Below, in pieces: positions 23,859 through 33,110 of a DNA stretch of 64,000 nt. A program made the position numbers and the translations under genes. The notes beneath the pieces were generated by a model. That model saw only the letters and a list, made by a program, of their open reading frames with translations. It was not told where the DNA came from and ran no database searches. This DNA comes from Myxococcota bacterium (lineage in GTDB: Bacteria > Myxococcota_A > UBA796 > SXON01), in NCBI GenBank assembly GCA_040386535.1, contig JAZKFH010000024.1:64001-128000 (forward strand). The letters run 5' to 3'. The stretch's first letter is position 1. Every line of letters begins with the position of its first letter.

Positions 23859-24556
23859 CCCTCCTCCCCGACGAACTTGTACCCGATGCCGTGGTAGGTC
23901 TCGATGAAGCGGGGCGCGCCCGCGTCGTCCCGGAGCTTCTTGCGCACGTTGAGGATGTGCGTGTCGACCGTGCGCGTCGTGACGCCCGCGCTGTACTTCC
24001 AGATGCTGGCGAGCAGCTCTTCGCGGCCGAGCACCTTGCCGCGGTGCTCGATGAGGTAGCGCAGGAGCTCCTGCTCGCGGTTGGAGAGGCGCTCGACCTC
24101 TTCCCCGTGGCGGATCAGGTAGTTGTCGAGGTCGACCTCGACGTCGGCGTAGCGGTACACGCTCTTGCCGCCGCCCGCGCGCTTGAGGACCGCGTTCACC
24201 CGCGCGCGCAGCTCGAGCAGCGAGAACGGCTTGGTGATGTAGTCGTCGGCGCCGAGATCGAACGCGAGCAGCTTGTCGTGCTCCAGGGTGCGCGCCGTCA
24301 GCAGGATGACGGGCCCGGCGAAGCCGGTGCGGCGCAGCTCGGAGAGGATCTGGAACCCGTCGAGCCCGCCGGGGCCCTCCGGGCCCTCGTGCAACATCAC
24401 GTCGAGCACCGCGATGTCGACCTTGTGGCGGCTCGCGATCTCCAGCCCGGCGCGCCCGCCGCGGGCGTGGAACACCTCGAAACCCTCCCGGGTGAAGAAG
24501 GCCACGAGCGAAGAGAGGAGATCTTCCTCGTCTTCGCAGAACAGGATTCGGGCCAT
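23855..24556 (-). CDS. OmpR/PhoB-family response regulator
   Basis: ILFCEDE, VLDVML, LLTAR, GADDYITKPF, TRTVDTHI..VRKKL, GIGYKF. Confidence 0.95.
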   Translation of the reverse strand: MARILFCEDEEDLLSSLVAFFTREGFEVFHARGGRAGLEIASRHKVDIAVLDVMLHEGPEGPGGLDGFQILSELRRTGFAGPVILLTARTLEHDKLLAFDLGADDYITKPFSLLELRARVNAVLKRAGGGKSVYRYADVEVDLDNYLIRHGEEVERLSNREQELLRYLIEHRGKVLGREELLASIWKYSAGVTTRTVDTHILNVRKKLRDDAGAPRFIETYHGIGYKFVGEEG

Positions 24557-24568
24557 CGGTGGGGGCTC

Positions 24569-26662
24569 CTAGGCGTTCGGGCCGGGCGGACGGAGGGGGA
24601 AGTGCAACGTGAAGGTGGACCCGCGGCCGGTGGCGGAGCGGACGCTCACGCGCCCCCCGTGGGCTTCCATGATGTATTTCACGATGGTCAACCCGATGCC
24701 AGTACCCTTCTTTCGACGGGCCTGCGGATCGGTGGAGCGGTAGTACTGTTCGAAGATCTGGCGCTGCTCCTCGGCGGCGATGCCGATGCCGCCGTCGGAG
24801 ACGGCGACGAGCACGCCGCCGTCGGTGGAGGAGCCCGGTTCGGCGGCGGACACGTCCACCTTTATCCAGCCGGCCTCCTGCCCGTACTTCGCCGCGTTGG
24901 ACAAGAGGTTGGTCAGGACCTGGCTCACCGCGTCCGCGTCGTGCCAGACCACCGGTAGATCCTCGGGAAGCGTGAGCTGGATGTCCATCCCGCGGGTCTC
25001 CATCGCGACCATCGCGGCCTCGACCATGCGGGCGCACGTGGCGCCGAGATCACCGGGGCGGAAGGTGTAGGTCTTCCGCCCGCGCTCGATCGCCGCGAAG
25101 TCGAGCACGTTGTCGACCAGCCGAGAGAGCCGCTCCGCCTCGCGGACGATGACGTCGTAGTGTTTTTCGCGCGCCGCCTCGTCTGGCGCGAGGCCGAGCT
25201 GGAGCGCCTCGGCCTTGAGCCGGATCTGGGTGATGGGGGAGCGGAGCTCGTGGGACACGTTCGCGGCGAAGTCGGACTTGTCCCGCGCGACCTCGAGCTC
25301 GCGTTGCACCAGCCGCGCCGACAAGACCGTCCCCACCGAGATCATCGCGACCGAGAGCAGGATGATCCCGATGCCGCGCTGGCGCTCCTCGGCCTGGCGG
25401 CGCTGAAGCGTCACGGCGTCCCGGGGGTAGACCCCGAGCGACCAGCTCGGGAACCACGGCGCGAGGCTGCGGCGGGCCAGCGGCGTGTCGCGACCGGGGT
25501 CGTCCGGCCCGCGGATGACCGCGATGACGTCGCTCTCGGGGCCCGCCGCCCGCGCCGCCAGCTCGCTGATCTGGACCATCACCGCGTCCAGGTCGAGCCC
25601 GAGGACGTACTGGTCCTCCGCGGTCCACGTGGTGGCCCAGAGCGCGTCTTCCGTGCGGCTGTAGGAGAACGAGCCCGCCGCCATGGGAAGCAGGCGGCCC
25701 TTGGCGCCCAGCGTCTCGAGCTCGGGAAGCAGGCGCTCAGCCCAGAACAGCTGGCTGGCGCGATCCTCGAGGCGCCCGCGCGCGCGCCCGAGCCACTCGG
25801 GGTTCGCGCGGCCGGCGATCAGATCGATGCCGCGGCGCGCGACGGCGGCCTCGCCTCCGCGCCCGATGATCCAGGGCTCCGCGAGCAACATCTCGACGTG
25901 CTCGCGCACGGCGGCCTCTCCGGCGACAGGATCGCGGGCGAGGCGCAGCTCCCCGAGCTTGAGCCGCGCGAGGTCGCCGAGGCGGAACCCGTAGGCGTCG
26001 CGCACGGCGGCGTACCCGGACCCGACCTCGGTGAAGAGCTGCTCGGCCAGGAACAGCTCCCCGGCGCGTTGCGCCGCGTTGGCGCGGGCGTAGATGGCCT
26101 GGCCCTTGAGCTCGGGGGCCCGGGCCTCGCGGGCGGCCTGCGCGAAGAGCACGGCGGCGCGCGGGTAGTCCTGCTGGCGCTCGGCTCGGAGCGCGGCCTG
26201 CCACGGCGCGAAGAAGAACAGCTCCTGGTCCTCGAGCGAGTCCTCCGCGTCCGGCGAGCGCGGGAAGACCAGCGCGCCCTCGCTGTCGTAGCGGAACACG
26301 ACGCGGAGGGAGTCGGAGATCTCGCGCAGGCCGGACGTGAGCGACTGGCCCGTCTTGAGGCGGTTGAGCGTGCCGTCCTCGAAGCCCTGGAAGAGGGCCT
26401 CGACCCCGACCTGGAAGTTGTCGGCGGCGCCGGTCGCGACACGCTCGACCTCGGCGGCCCCGGCGCGCTGCTGCGCGCGGATGCCCGCGAGGCCGTAGTA
26501 CGCGAGGAACAGGCCGGGGAGCACGATCGTGGCCGCGAAGACGCCGACGAAGGTGAAGACGCCGCGCAGGTGGTACAGGTCGACCTTGGCGCGCACGTCC
26601 CCCCGGCGCGCCGCGAGGACACGACGCAGGAGGCGCAACGGGCCGAGGCTCTTGTCGTCCAC
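24569..26662 (-). CDS. Membrane sensor histidine kinase
   Basis: Two TM helices flanking a helical sensor region; VSHELRSP, NLLSNAAKY, DGGIGI, GTGIGL. Confidence 0.95.
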   Translation of the reverse strand: MDDKSLGPLRLLRRVLAARRGDVRAKVDLYHLRGVFTFVGVFAATIVLPGLFLAYYGLAGIRAQQRAGAAEVERVATGAADNFQVGVEALFQGFEDGTLNRLKTGQSLTSGLREISDSLRVVFRYDSEGALVFPRSPDAEDSLEDQELFFFAPWQAALRAERQQDYPRAAVLFAQAAREARAPELKGQAIYARANAAQRAGELFLAEQLFTEVGSGYAAVRDAYGFRLGDLARLKLGELRLARDPVAGEAAVREHVEMLLAEPWIIGRGGEAAVARRGIDLIAGRANPEWLGRARGRLEDRASQLFWAERLLPELETLGAKGRLLPMAAGSFSYSRTEDALWATTWTAEDQYVLGLDLDAVMVQISELAARAAGPESDVIAVIRGPDDPGRDTPLARRSLAPWFPSWSLGVYPRDAVTLQRRQAEERQRGIGIILLSVAMISVGTVLSARLVQRELEVARDKSDFAANVSHELRSPITQIRLKAEALQLGLAPDEAAREKHYDVIVREAERLSRLVDNVLDFAAIERGRKTYTFRPGDLGATCARMVEAAMVAMETRGMDIQLTLPEDLPVVWHDADAVSQVLTNLLSNAAKYGQEAGWIKVDVSAAEPGSSTDGGVLVAVSDGGIGIAAEEQRQIFEQYYRSTDPQARRKKGTGIGLTIVKYIMEAHGGRVSVRSATGRGSTFTLHFPLRPPGPNA

Positions 26663-26769
26663 GGCGGCATGCTACCCGTGTACGGAGTGGAGGGCACGCG
26701 CACCGGGCGATCGGCGCTCCACCGCGTCGAATCCCGAAACGTGGGCCCAGACCGGGATAATGGGCGCAG

Positions 26770-27051
26770 ATGCCCGCGTACCTCCCGCTGATCGTCTCCT
26801 TCGTCGTCGGGCTCTTTGCCCTCCAGATCACCGGCAGCCCGCGGATCGCGCAGGCCGCGGGGCTGTTCGCCCTCTCGGCCACCGTGGTGTTCACCGGGAG
26901 CATCCGCCTCTCCGGGCTCGTGTTCGACGGCAACGCGGCGCGGATCGCCGGTATCGGCATCGGCGTCCTCGGCATCCTTCGCCTCTACATCGACCACGAG
27001 TTCGAACAGCGGCTGGACGGCGCGGCGCACGCGGACACCGCGGCGCCGTGA
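26770..27051 (+). CDS. Small membrane protein
   Basis: 93 aa with three hydrophobic segments; fills the gap between the kinase and the dehydrogenase. Confidence 0.6.
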   Translation: MPAYLPLIVSFVVGLFALQITGSPRIAQAAGLFALSATVVFTGSIRLSGLVFDGNAARIAGIGIGVLGILRLYIDHEFEQRLDGAAHADTAAP

Positions 27052-27113
27052 CGCGCGCGCGGCATGCCCGGTCGCCCCCCCGGTGTTAGCCCGGGCGCCA
27101 TTCCGGATCTCCC

Positions 27114-28151
27114 GTGTCGCCCCGCACCGGCATCGTCATCGAGCACCACGGCGGCCCCGAGGCCCTGAGTTTCCGCGCGCTCCCGCCCCTGGTGCCCGCC
27201 GCCGATCACGTCCGCGTGCGGGTCACCCACGTGGCCCTGAACCACCTGGACCTCTGGGTGCGCAAGGGCGTGCCGGGCCATGACTTCCACCTGCCGCGCA
27301 TCCCCGGGAGCGACGTGGCGGGCGTGCTCCTCGACCCCGCGGTCACCCCCGGCGGCGCGCTCCCCGTCGGGACCGCGGTGGTGCTCCACCCGAGCTGGGG
27401 CTGCGGCGTCTGCGCGGCGTGCCTCGACGGGCGGCAGGATCGCTGCCGGGCGTTCCGCATCCGGGGCGAGAACACCGATGGGGGCTGCGTCACCGAGGTG
27501 GCCGTGCCCCCGTGGCAGGTGCTCCCGATACCGGCGCACCTCGCACCCTACGAGGCCGTCGCGTTGCCGCTCACGCTCCTGACCGCGTGGCACATGCTGG
27601 TGACCCGCGCGCGCCTCGCCCGCGGAGAGCGCGTGCTGGTGCAGGCCGGCGGGAGCGGCGTCGGCGTGATGGCTGTCCAGATCGCGAAGCTCTACGGCTG
27701 CGAGGTGCACGCCACGGCCTCGACCCCCGAGCGGCGTGCCCGCCTCGAGGCGCTGGGCGCGCGCGCCTGGCCGTACGACGCCATCGGCGTCCGCGATGTG
27801 GACGTGGTGGTCGAGAGCGTCGGCGAGGCCACCTGGTCCGCCTCGGTGCGCGCGCTCGCGTGGGGCGGCCGCCTCGTGTGTTGTGGGGCCACGGCGGGGC
27901 CCGACGTGCGCCTCAACCTCCGCGCCGTGTTCTTCAAGCAGCTCGAGATCATCGGCGCGACGATGGGCTCCACCGGCGAGCTCCTGCGCGCCTGGCAGGA
28001 GGTCGTGAACGGCACCGTCCGGCCTGTCGTCGACCGCGTCCTCCCCCTCTCCCGCCTCGCCGACGCCCACACGCTCCTCGAGGCGCGCGGCGCCTTCGGA
28101 AAGATCGTGCTGGAGCAGGACCTCTCCACCGTCCGTCCGGAGTCCTCGTGA
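27114..28151 (+). CDS. MDR-family zinc-binding dehydrogenase / quinone oxidoreductase
   Basis: HGGPEAL, ALNHLDLW, PRIPGSDVAG, CGVCAAC...C, AGGSGVG, FGKIVL. Confidence 0.9.
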   Translation: MSPRTGIVIEHHGGPEALSFRALPPLVPAADHVRVRVTHVALNHLDLWVRKGVPGHDFHLPRIPGSDVAGVLLDPAVTPGGALPVGTAVVLHPSWGCGVCAACLDGRQDRCRAFRIRGENTDGGCVTEVAVPPWQVLPIPAHLAPYEAVALPLTLLTAWHMLVTRARLARGERVLVQAGGSGVGVMAVQIAKLYGCEVHATASTPERRARLEALGARAWPYDAIGVRDVDVVVESVGEATWSASVRALAWGGRLVCCGATAGPDVRLNLRAVFFKQLEIIGATMGSTGELLRAWQEVVNGTVRPVVDRVLPLSRLADAHTLLEARGAFGKIVLEQDLSTVRPESS

Positions 28152-29074
28152 GCACCGACCGCCCCACCGGCTACCGCCCCACCCACGACTGGCCGCGCTG
28201 GACCCCGGGCACGGGGGCCGGCGGCACGTGGAAGCAGTCCCCCGACGACTTCCAGGTGACCGAGGTGCCGCTCATCGTGCCGACGGGCGCCGGCGAGCAC
28301 CAGTGGCTCCGCATCGAGAAGGTGGGCTTCACCACGCAGGACGTGGTCGACGAGCTCTCGTTCCGCGCCGGCGTGCCCCCCGACAGCGTCGGCTACGCCG
28401 GTCTCAAGGACCGCTTCGCGCGCACCGTCCAGGACTTCACGATCCACTTCGGCAAGGAGGTCACGAGCCTCCCCGAGGGCATGCGCATCGTCGAGCGCAC
28501 CCGCAACGCCCGGCGGCTCCGCTCGGGGCAGCTCGTCGGCAACGACTTCGCGTTGTTCGTGATCGGCGGCGATCCGGTGGTCGCCAGGGCCCGGCTGGAG
28601 CTGCTCCGGGCGACCGGGATGCCGAACTACTACGGCGCCCAGCGGGTCGGCGGCACCGCGCCCGGCGAGGGGCGGGCCATCCTGCTCGGCGGCGGGCCCC
28701 GGCTGCGCCACAACCAGCTCAAGTTCGTGCTCTCGGCGTACCAGTCGCTGCTGTTCAACCGGGTGCTCGCCGCCCGCGGCCCCGCGCGGCTCGAAGGTGA
28801 TGTCGAGGAGGACGGCATCCCGACGGGCCCGATGTTCGGCCCGACGATGAAGGTGCCGACCGGCGCGGCCCTGGCCCTGGAGCAACAGGTGCTCGCCGAC
28901 GAGGGGCTCCCCGGCAACGCCTGGACCCGCTTCGAGAAGCTCACCCAGGGCACCCGCCGCAAGTTGTGGGTGCCGGTCGAGGCGACGGTGACCGAGGCCG
29001 ACGGCGGGTTCTGGCTGCGCTTTCGCCTGCCCGCCGGGAGCTACGCGACCGAGCTGCTGGAGGAGATCCTTTAG
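28148..29074 (+). CDS. truD: tRNA pseudouridine(13) synthase
   Basis: PDDFQVTE, GYAGLKD, GQLVGNDF, PNYYGAQR, SAYQSLLFN, FRLPAGSYAT.LL.E. Confidence 0.93.
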   Translation: MSTDRPTGYRPTHDWPRWTPGTGAGGTWKQSPDDFQVTEVPLIVPTGAGEHQWLRIEKVGFTTQDVVDELSFRAGVPPDSVGYAGLKDRFARTVQDFTIHFGKEVTSLPEGMRIVERTRNARRLRSGQLVGNDFALFVIGGDPVVARARLELLRATGMPNYYGAQRVGGTAPGEGRAILLGGGPRLRHNQLKFVLSAYQSLLFNRVLAARGPARLEGDVEEDGIPTGPMFGPTMKVPTGAALALEQQVLADEGLPGNAWTRFEKLTQGTRRKLWVPVEATVTEADGGFWLRFRLPAGSYATELLEEIL

Positions 29075-29107
29075 GGTCCCCTCCGCACTTGCTCTCCTCG
29101 GCGCTGG

Positions 29108-29587
29108 CTAGAAGTACCAGCGCCCGCCCGCCGCGCCGCGGGGGCTGATGAGGCAGAAGCCGGCGTAGGCGCCGTACCCCGAGCACAGGTTGAGCGGGTA
29201 GACGCCCAGGCCCACGTCGACGAAGACGCTCGCGGGGACCTTGTTGAACTGGAGCTCAATGCCGACGCCGCCGCCGACGCCGATCTGGGCGCCGGTGTAG
29301 CCGAAGTAGGTCCAGAGCCCGACGTCGACGCCGGCGTCCCAGTACATGTCCAGGCGGCCGAAGTCCCAGTCGCCGAACTCGACGAACTCGGACTCGAAGT
29401 TGACGCGGGCGCCGTGGTAGATGCCGGAGCTTCCCAGGTAGGCGGCGATACCGGACTTCTCGCTCAGGTAGAACTTCCCGGTGGCGGAGATGGCGAATGG
29501 CCCGGAGGCGACTCCGATCCCGAACTTCTTGGTGGTAGCTACGTCACTGGCTTCGACGACGGATGACAGGGCGAGGGCAAGCAGCAC
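29108..29587 (-). CDS. Small outer-membrane beta-barrel protein
   Basis: FGIGV, GVGGGVGIELQF, C-terminal GGRWYF beta-signal. GTG 29587 follows GGAG (alternative start TTG 29599). Confidence 0.7.
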   Translation of the reverse strand: MLLALALSSVVEASDVATTKKFGIGVASGPFAISATGKFYLSEKSGIAAYLGSSGIYHGARVNFESEFVEFGDWDFGRLDMYWDAGVDVGLWTYFGYTGAQIGVGGGVGIELQFNKVPASVFVDVGLGVYPLNLCSGYGAYAGFCLISPRGAAGGRWYF

Positions 29588-29702
29588 GCGATTCTCCAAA
29601 TTCCTACGGAGACTAACGCGTACTCGCGCATGAGGCCCGGTAGTGCGTTAGTCACCGCTCGCTCGACTGAACGAGCAATTCGTGCCACACGAAGGACTAT
29701 CC

Positions 29703-30161
29703 ATGAAGAACCTCCTCCTCGCCCTCGCGGCCACCGCGACGCTCGCGGGCTGCAACCTCAAGTCCCACTCGTTCCCCGGCGCGCCGCTCCCGTTCGCCAG
29801 CGTCGACTACGACGTGATGGGCGCCACCAGCGCCGAAGCCTGCGGCACCTACATCTTCGGCATCGACTTCGGCCACCTCTTCACCGACAACCAAGGCTCG
29901 GCCTCGGCCGCGGCCGGTGGCGATCCGCTCTCCGCCATCCTCGGCATGCTCCCGATCGGCGGGCCCTCGCCCGAGGCCGGCCGCGCGCTGTACGACGCGA
30001 TGGAGAAGATGCCCGAGGCGACCAACCTCTACTCCCCCAAGATCCACGAGACCGTCACCGGCATCTCCCCGTTCGGCACCCCGATCTTCGGCCAGCGCTG
30101 CGCCGAGGTCGAGGCCCGCGGCGTCAAGCTCGGCAAGGGTCCCGTCCCGAACGCGCACTAG
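29703..30161 (+). CDS. Lipoprotein of unknown function (TRL/DUF6567-like)
   Basis: MKNLLLALAATATLAGC lipobox; AEACGTYIFGI...ALYDAM...RC.EVEARGV. Confidence 0.75.
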   Translation: MKNLLLALAATATLAGCNLKSHSFPGAPLPFASVDYDVMGATSAEACGTYIFGIDFGHLFTDNQGSASAAAGGDPLSAILGMLPIGGPSPEAGRALYDAMEKMPEATNLYSPKIHETVTGISPFGTPIFGQRCAEVEARGVKLGKGPVPNAH

Positions 30162-30198
30162 TCCGCGCGGCGCGGGTCTCGCCCGCGCTGCCCGTCCT

Positions 30199-30241
30199 CC
30201 ACACCCTCCCCGGTCACTCGGCGGAGGGTGTGGTCGTTTTG
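30199..30241 (+). terminator. Rho-independent terminator
   Basis: 11-bp stem ccacaccctcc/ggagggtgtgg followed by tcgtttt, between convergent genes. Confidence 0.7.
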
Positions 30242-30269
30242 GCGGTCCGCGCGGGGGGGCCCGATCGCT

Positions 30270-31154
30270 CTACTTCAGCCAGCCGCGCTCGAGCTGCGCC
30301 TCGGCCGTCCCCTCGGCCCAGAGCAGGTACTGATCGAGCTCCGAAGTGCTCGCCTGCCCCTTCTGCGCCTGGATGTGGCGGCCCAGGAGCGGCATCGACC
30401 ACGCGGGGCGGCCCGACACCGTGTCGTAGAGCACCACGAGGGCCTCCACGCGGGCGCCGGCGGTGCAGCCGAAGGTCTGGCCGAGGAACCAGCCGCCGTT
30501 GTGGGTGTAGTACGAGCGGAGGTAGGGCACGATGACCCAGCGGGAGCCGCCCAGCGTGGCACGCTGAGCGCTGTCGAGCGCCGCGGGGATGAGCTCGGTG
30601 CGAGGGAGGTTCACGTTGTCGTGGCCGTCCTCCGGGTGGAGCCCGCGGAAGCGCTGGCGTTCGGGGACCGGGGCGACCGCGGGCGCGGGCGCGCCAATGG
30701 GCACGTCGACCGCGTCGAGCACGCGGGGCAGCGCGTCCGACAACCAGCGCGTGCCGTCAGCCGCGTACCGCGCATCGAGGCCGAACTCGATGAGGCGCGC
30801 GCGCACCTCGAGCGCCACATCGCCCGTGCGCACGAAGCCCCCGCCGAAGCGGATGTTGCCGAAGAACTCGTTGCGCAGGAACGCGGCGTCGCGCGGGTTC
30901 TCCACGTCGAGCACGGAGGGCGTCGCGAGGTGCTCCTCCCCTTCGCGCAGGCGCGCCTCGATCTCTCCCATCGCGAGCGACGGGGCGATCGGCGCCGCGG
31001 GGAGGTCCTGCATGCGCACCACCGGCGCGATCGACACGCCTTCCGCGCGCACGGCGCGTGCGATGTCGGGGTCCAGCTTGCCGGAGGACACGATGGGCTC
31101 CCGCTTCGCGCACGCCGTCACCACCAGGATCAGCGCCAACAGGGCCCCTCTCAC
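30270..31154 (-). CDS. Hypothetical lipoprotein
   Basis: GTG overlaps the upstream stop; MRGALLALILVVTAC lipobox. Confidence 0.7.
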   Translation of the reverse strand: MRGALLALILVVTACAKREPIVSSGKLDPDIARAVRAEGVSIAPVVRMQDLPAAPIAPSLAMGEIEARLREGEEHLATPSVLDVENPRDAAFLRNEFFGNIRFGGGFVRTGDVALEVRARLIEFGLDARYAADGTRWLSDALPRVLDAVDVPIGAPAPAVAPVPERQRFRGLHPEDGHDNVNLPRTELIPAALDSAQRATLGGSRWVIVPYLRSYYTHNGGWFLGQTFGCTAGARVEALVVLYDTVSGRPAWSMPLLGRHIQAQKGQASTSELDQYLLWAEGTAEAQLERGWLK

Positions 31155-32143
31155 GCGGCCCCCTGCGTGGCCGACGCGCGGCTCCGACCGACGACCTCGC
31201 GCAACGAGAGACCCTCCCAGACGAGAAAGAAGAGGCCCGCGCCCACCGTGAAGCCGAATTGGCCGAGGTGGAGCAGGACCGCGAAGGTGCGGGCGCGGTC
31301 GGCGTCGGCGCCGAGCATCACGAGGCCCGCGGAGCAGAAGGCCTCGAACCCGCCGAAGAAGCCGGGGGTGGGGGCGACCGTCATGCCCGCGAGCGTGACG
31401 GACCAGACGGTGAGCGCGTTGCCGAGGCTCACGGGGAGCCCGGGGAACGCCGCGAGGTGGACGTAGACGGCCAGGATCGTGACCCCCCAGATGACGATGG
31501 ACGTGACGAGCACCTCCGCCAGCGCCGCCGGGCGCCGGGCGAGCGTCCGGATGCCCTCGTGGAAGCGCCGCAGGAAGCTCCCGAGGGGCAGCCGGTCGGT
31601 GAGGCGGAGGATCGGCTCGCCGACGACGAGCAGCACGACGAGGCCCACGGTGCCGAGCGCCACGAGGGTGCCGACCGCGCGCTGGCCGGCCCGGAGCACG
31701 TCGATGCCCTCGACCACGATGCGGCCCTCGGGCAGATCGACCACGAAGCCCACGAGCATCATCATGCCGAGCAGCATGAACATGTCGACGAGGCGCTCGA
31801 TGAAGATCGCGGCGAGGCCGGCCCCGAAGGGGATCTGCTCCTTCTCTGCGAGCAGCGTGGGCCGCACGAACTCGCCCATGCGGAGCGGCACGACGTTGAT
31901 GGCGAGGTACCCGATCGAGAGGATGGAGAGCAGGCGCACGAACGGCACCGGGCGCCCCAGGATCGTGCGCAGGCGCACCACGCGGAGGGAGTGGGCCCCG
32001 GCGTAGCACACGAACACGATGCCGAGGTAGCCCCAGCGGAAGTCGCCCAGGCTCACCGCGACCACGGCGGGGTCGATGCCCCAGAGGACCCAGGCGAGGC
32101 AGAGCACGGTCACGACGAGGACGGCGGCGATCTTCAGTCGCAT
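31151..32143 (-). CDS. Lysylphosphatidylglycerol synthase TM / flippase-like (UPF0104) membrane protein
   Basis: GYLAINVVPLRMGEFVR, ERLVD, PTPGFFGGFE; multiple TM helices. Confidence 0.88.
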   Translation of the reverse strand: MRLKIAAVLVVTVLCLAWVLWGIDPAVVAVSLGDFRWGYLGIVFVCYAGAHSLRVVRLRTILGRPVPFVRLLSILSIGYLAINVVPLRMGEFVRPTLLAEKEQIPFGAGLAAIFIERLVDMFMLLGMMMLVGFVVDLPEGRIVVEGIDVLRAGQRAVGTLVALGTVGLVVLLVVGEPILRLTDRLPLGSFLRRFHEGIRTLARRPAALAEVLVTSIVIWGVTILAVYVHLAAFPGLPVSLGNALTVWSVTLAGMTVAPTPGFFGGFEAFCSAGLVMLGADADRARTFAVLLHLGQFGFTVGAGLFFLVWEGLSLREVVGRSRASATQGAA

Positions 32144-33018
32144 CAACCCGCCGATTCGCGGTCGGCGGGCGCCGCGGGGGCCGCTGGTGAAGGCGAGGCG
32201 GACTCAGCCCCGCGCCATCGCAGCTGCCGGGGGCCTGGGCGCAGGAGCTGGAGCCCGATCCACGAGTTGTCCAACGACTGCTTGTCCTCGACGCCGTAGA
32301 GCTCGGGGGGGACCGCGCGCGTCACGTCGGTGCCGAACAGGCGGTCCCACAGGGGGAGCGCGTTCGCGTAGTTGCCATCGTAGATCTGCCCGTCGCGCGT
32401 GTGGTGCCAGGAGTGGAACAGGGGGGTGTTGAACACCTGGAACCAGAGGCGCTTGAACGGCGTGTCCGGCGTGAACCGCACGTTCGAGTGCTCGATCGAG
32501 TCCGCGACGATGCCGACGATCAGCGCGGCCGGCAGCGGCCAGCCCTCCGACACGCGGAACAGGACGCCGAAGAGCAGGAGCGGGATGGCCGCGAGCTGGA
32601 CGAAGTCGAACACGTGCATGCGGAAGCCCGTGGTCGCGTCCAGCTGCTCGGCCGAGTGATGCACCCGGTGGAAGCTCCACAAGAACGGCACGCGATGGTC
32701 GGCGTAGTGCAGCCAGTAGCGCGCGAAGTCGAGCGTGAGGAAGGCGATGAGGAACTGGACCACCGTGGGCAGCGCCGTCAGGTCCAGCAGGCGCCCCTCC
32801 AACGGCTGGATCCCCGCGTAGACGAGGGCCAGGAGGACCGCCTGCCGCCCGGCGAAGAGCACGCCGCCGTTGAGCAGGTTCACCCACGTCTCCTGGGTCA
32901 GGAGCCCGCTACGGGCCTCGCGTGGCCAGATCCGGGCCGCGAGGAGCCCGAGGACCAACACCACCGCCTGAGCCAACGTCGTCGCCATCGCCGCTGCCCT
33001 AACCGCGTCCCCCGGCAC
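32143..33018 (-). CDS. Sterol desaturase / fatty acid hydroxylase family protein
   Basis: His boxes YWLHYADH, FHRVHHS, FRMH, EHSN, FHSWHH; NYANALPLWDRLFGT. Confidence 0.9.
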   Translation of the reverse strand: MPGDAVRAAAMATTLAQAVVLVLGLLAARIWPREARSGLLTQETWVNLLNGGVLFAGRQAVLLALVYAGIQPLEGRLLDLTALPTVVQFLIAFLTLDFARYWLHYADHRVPFLWSFHRVHHSAEQLDATTGFRMHVFDFVQLAAIPLLLFGVLFRVSEGWPLPAALIVGIVADSIEHSNVRFTPDTPFKRLWFQVFNTPLFHSWHHTRDGQIYDGNYANALPLWDRLFGTDVTRAVPPELYGVEDKQSLDNSWIGLQLLRPGPRQLRWRGAESASPSPAAPAAPADRESAG

Positions 33019-33110
33019 ACGTCCCCCTCCCTCGTGAGAACTTGAGGCGAGAGAAGACAGGGTCGAGGAGGCGTGTCCGCGTTAGATGCCCGGCCCGCAA
33101 GGAGCTACTG

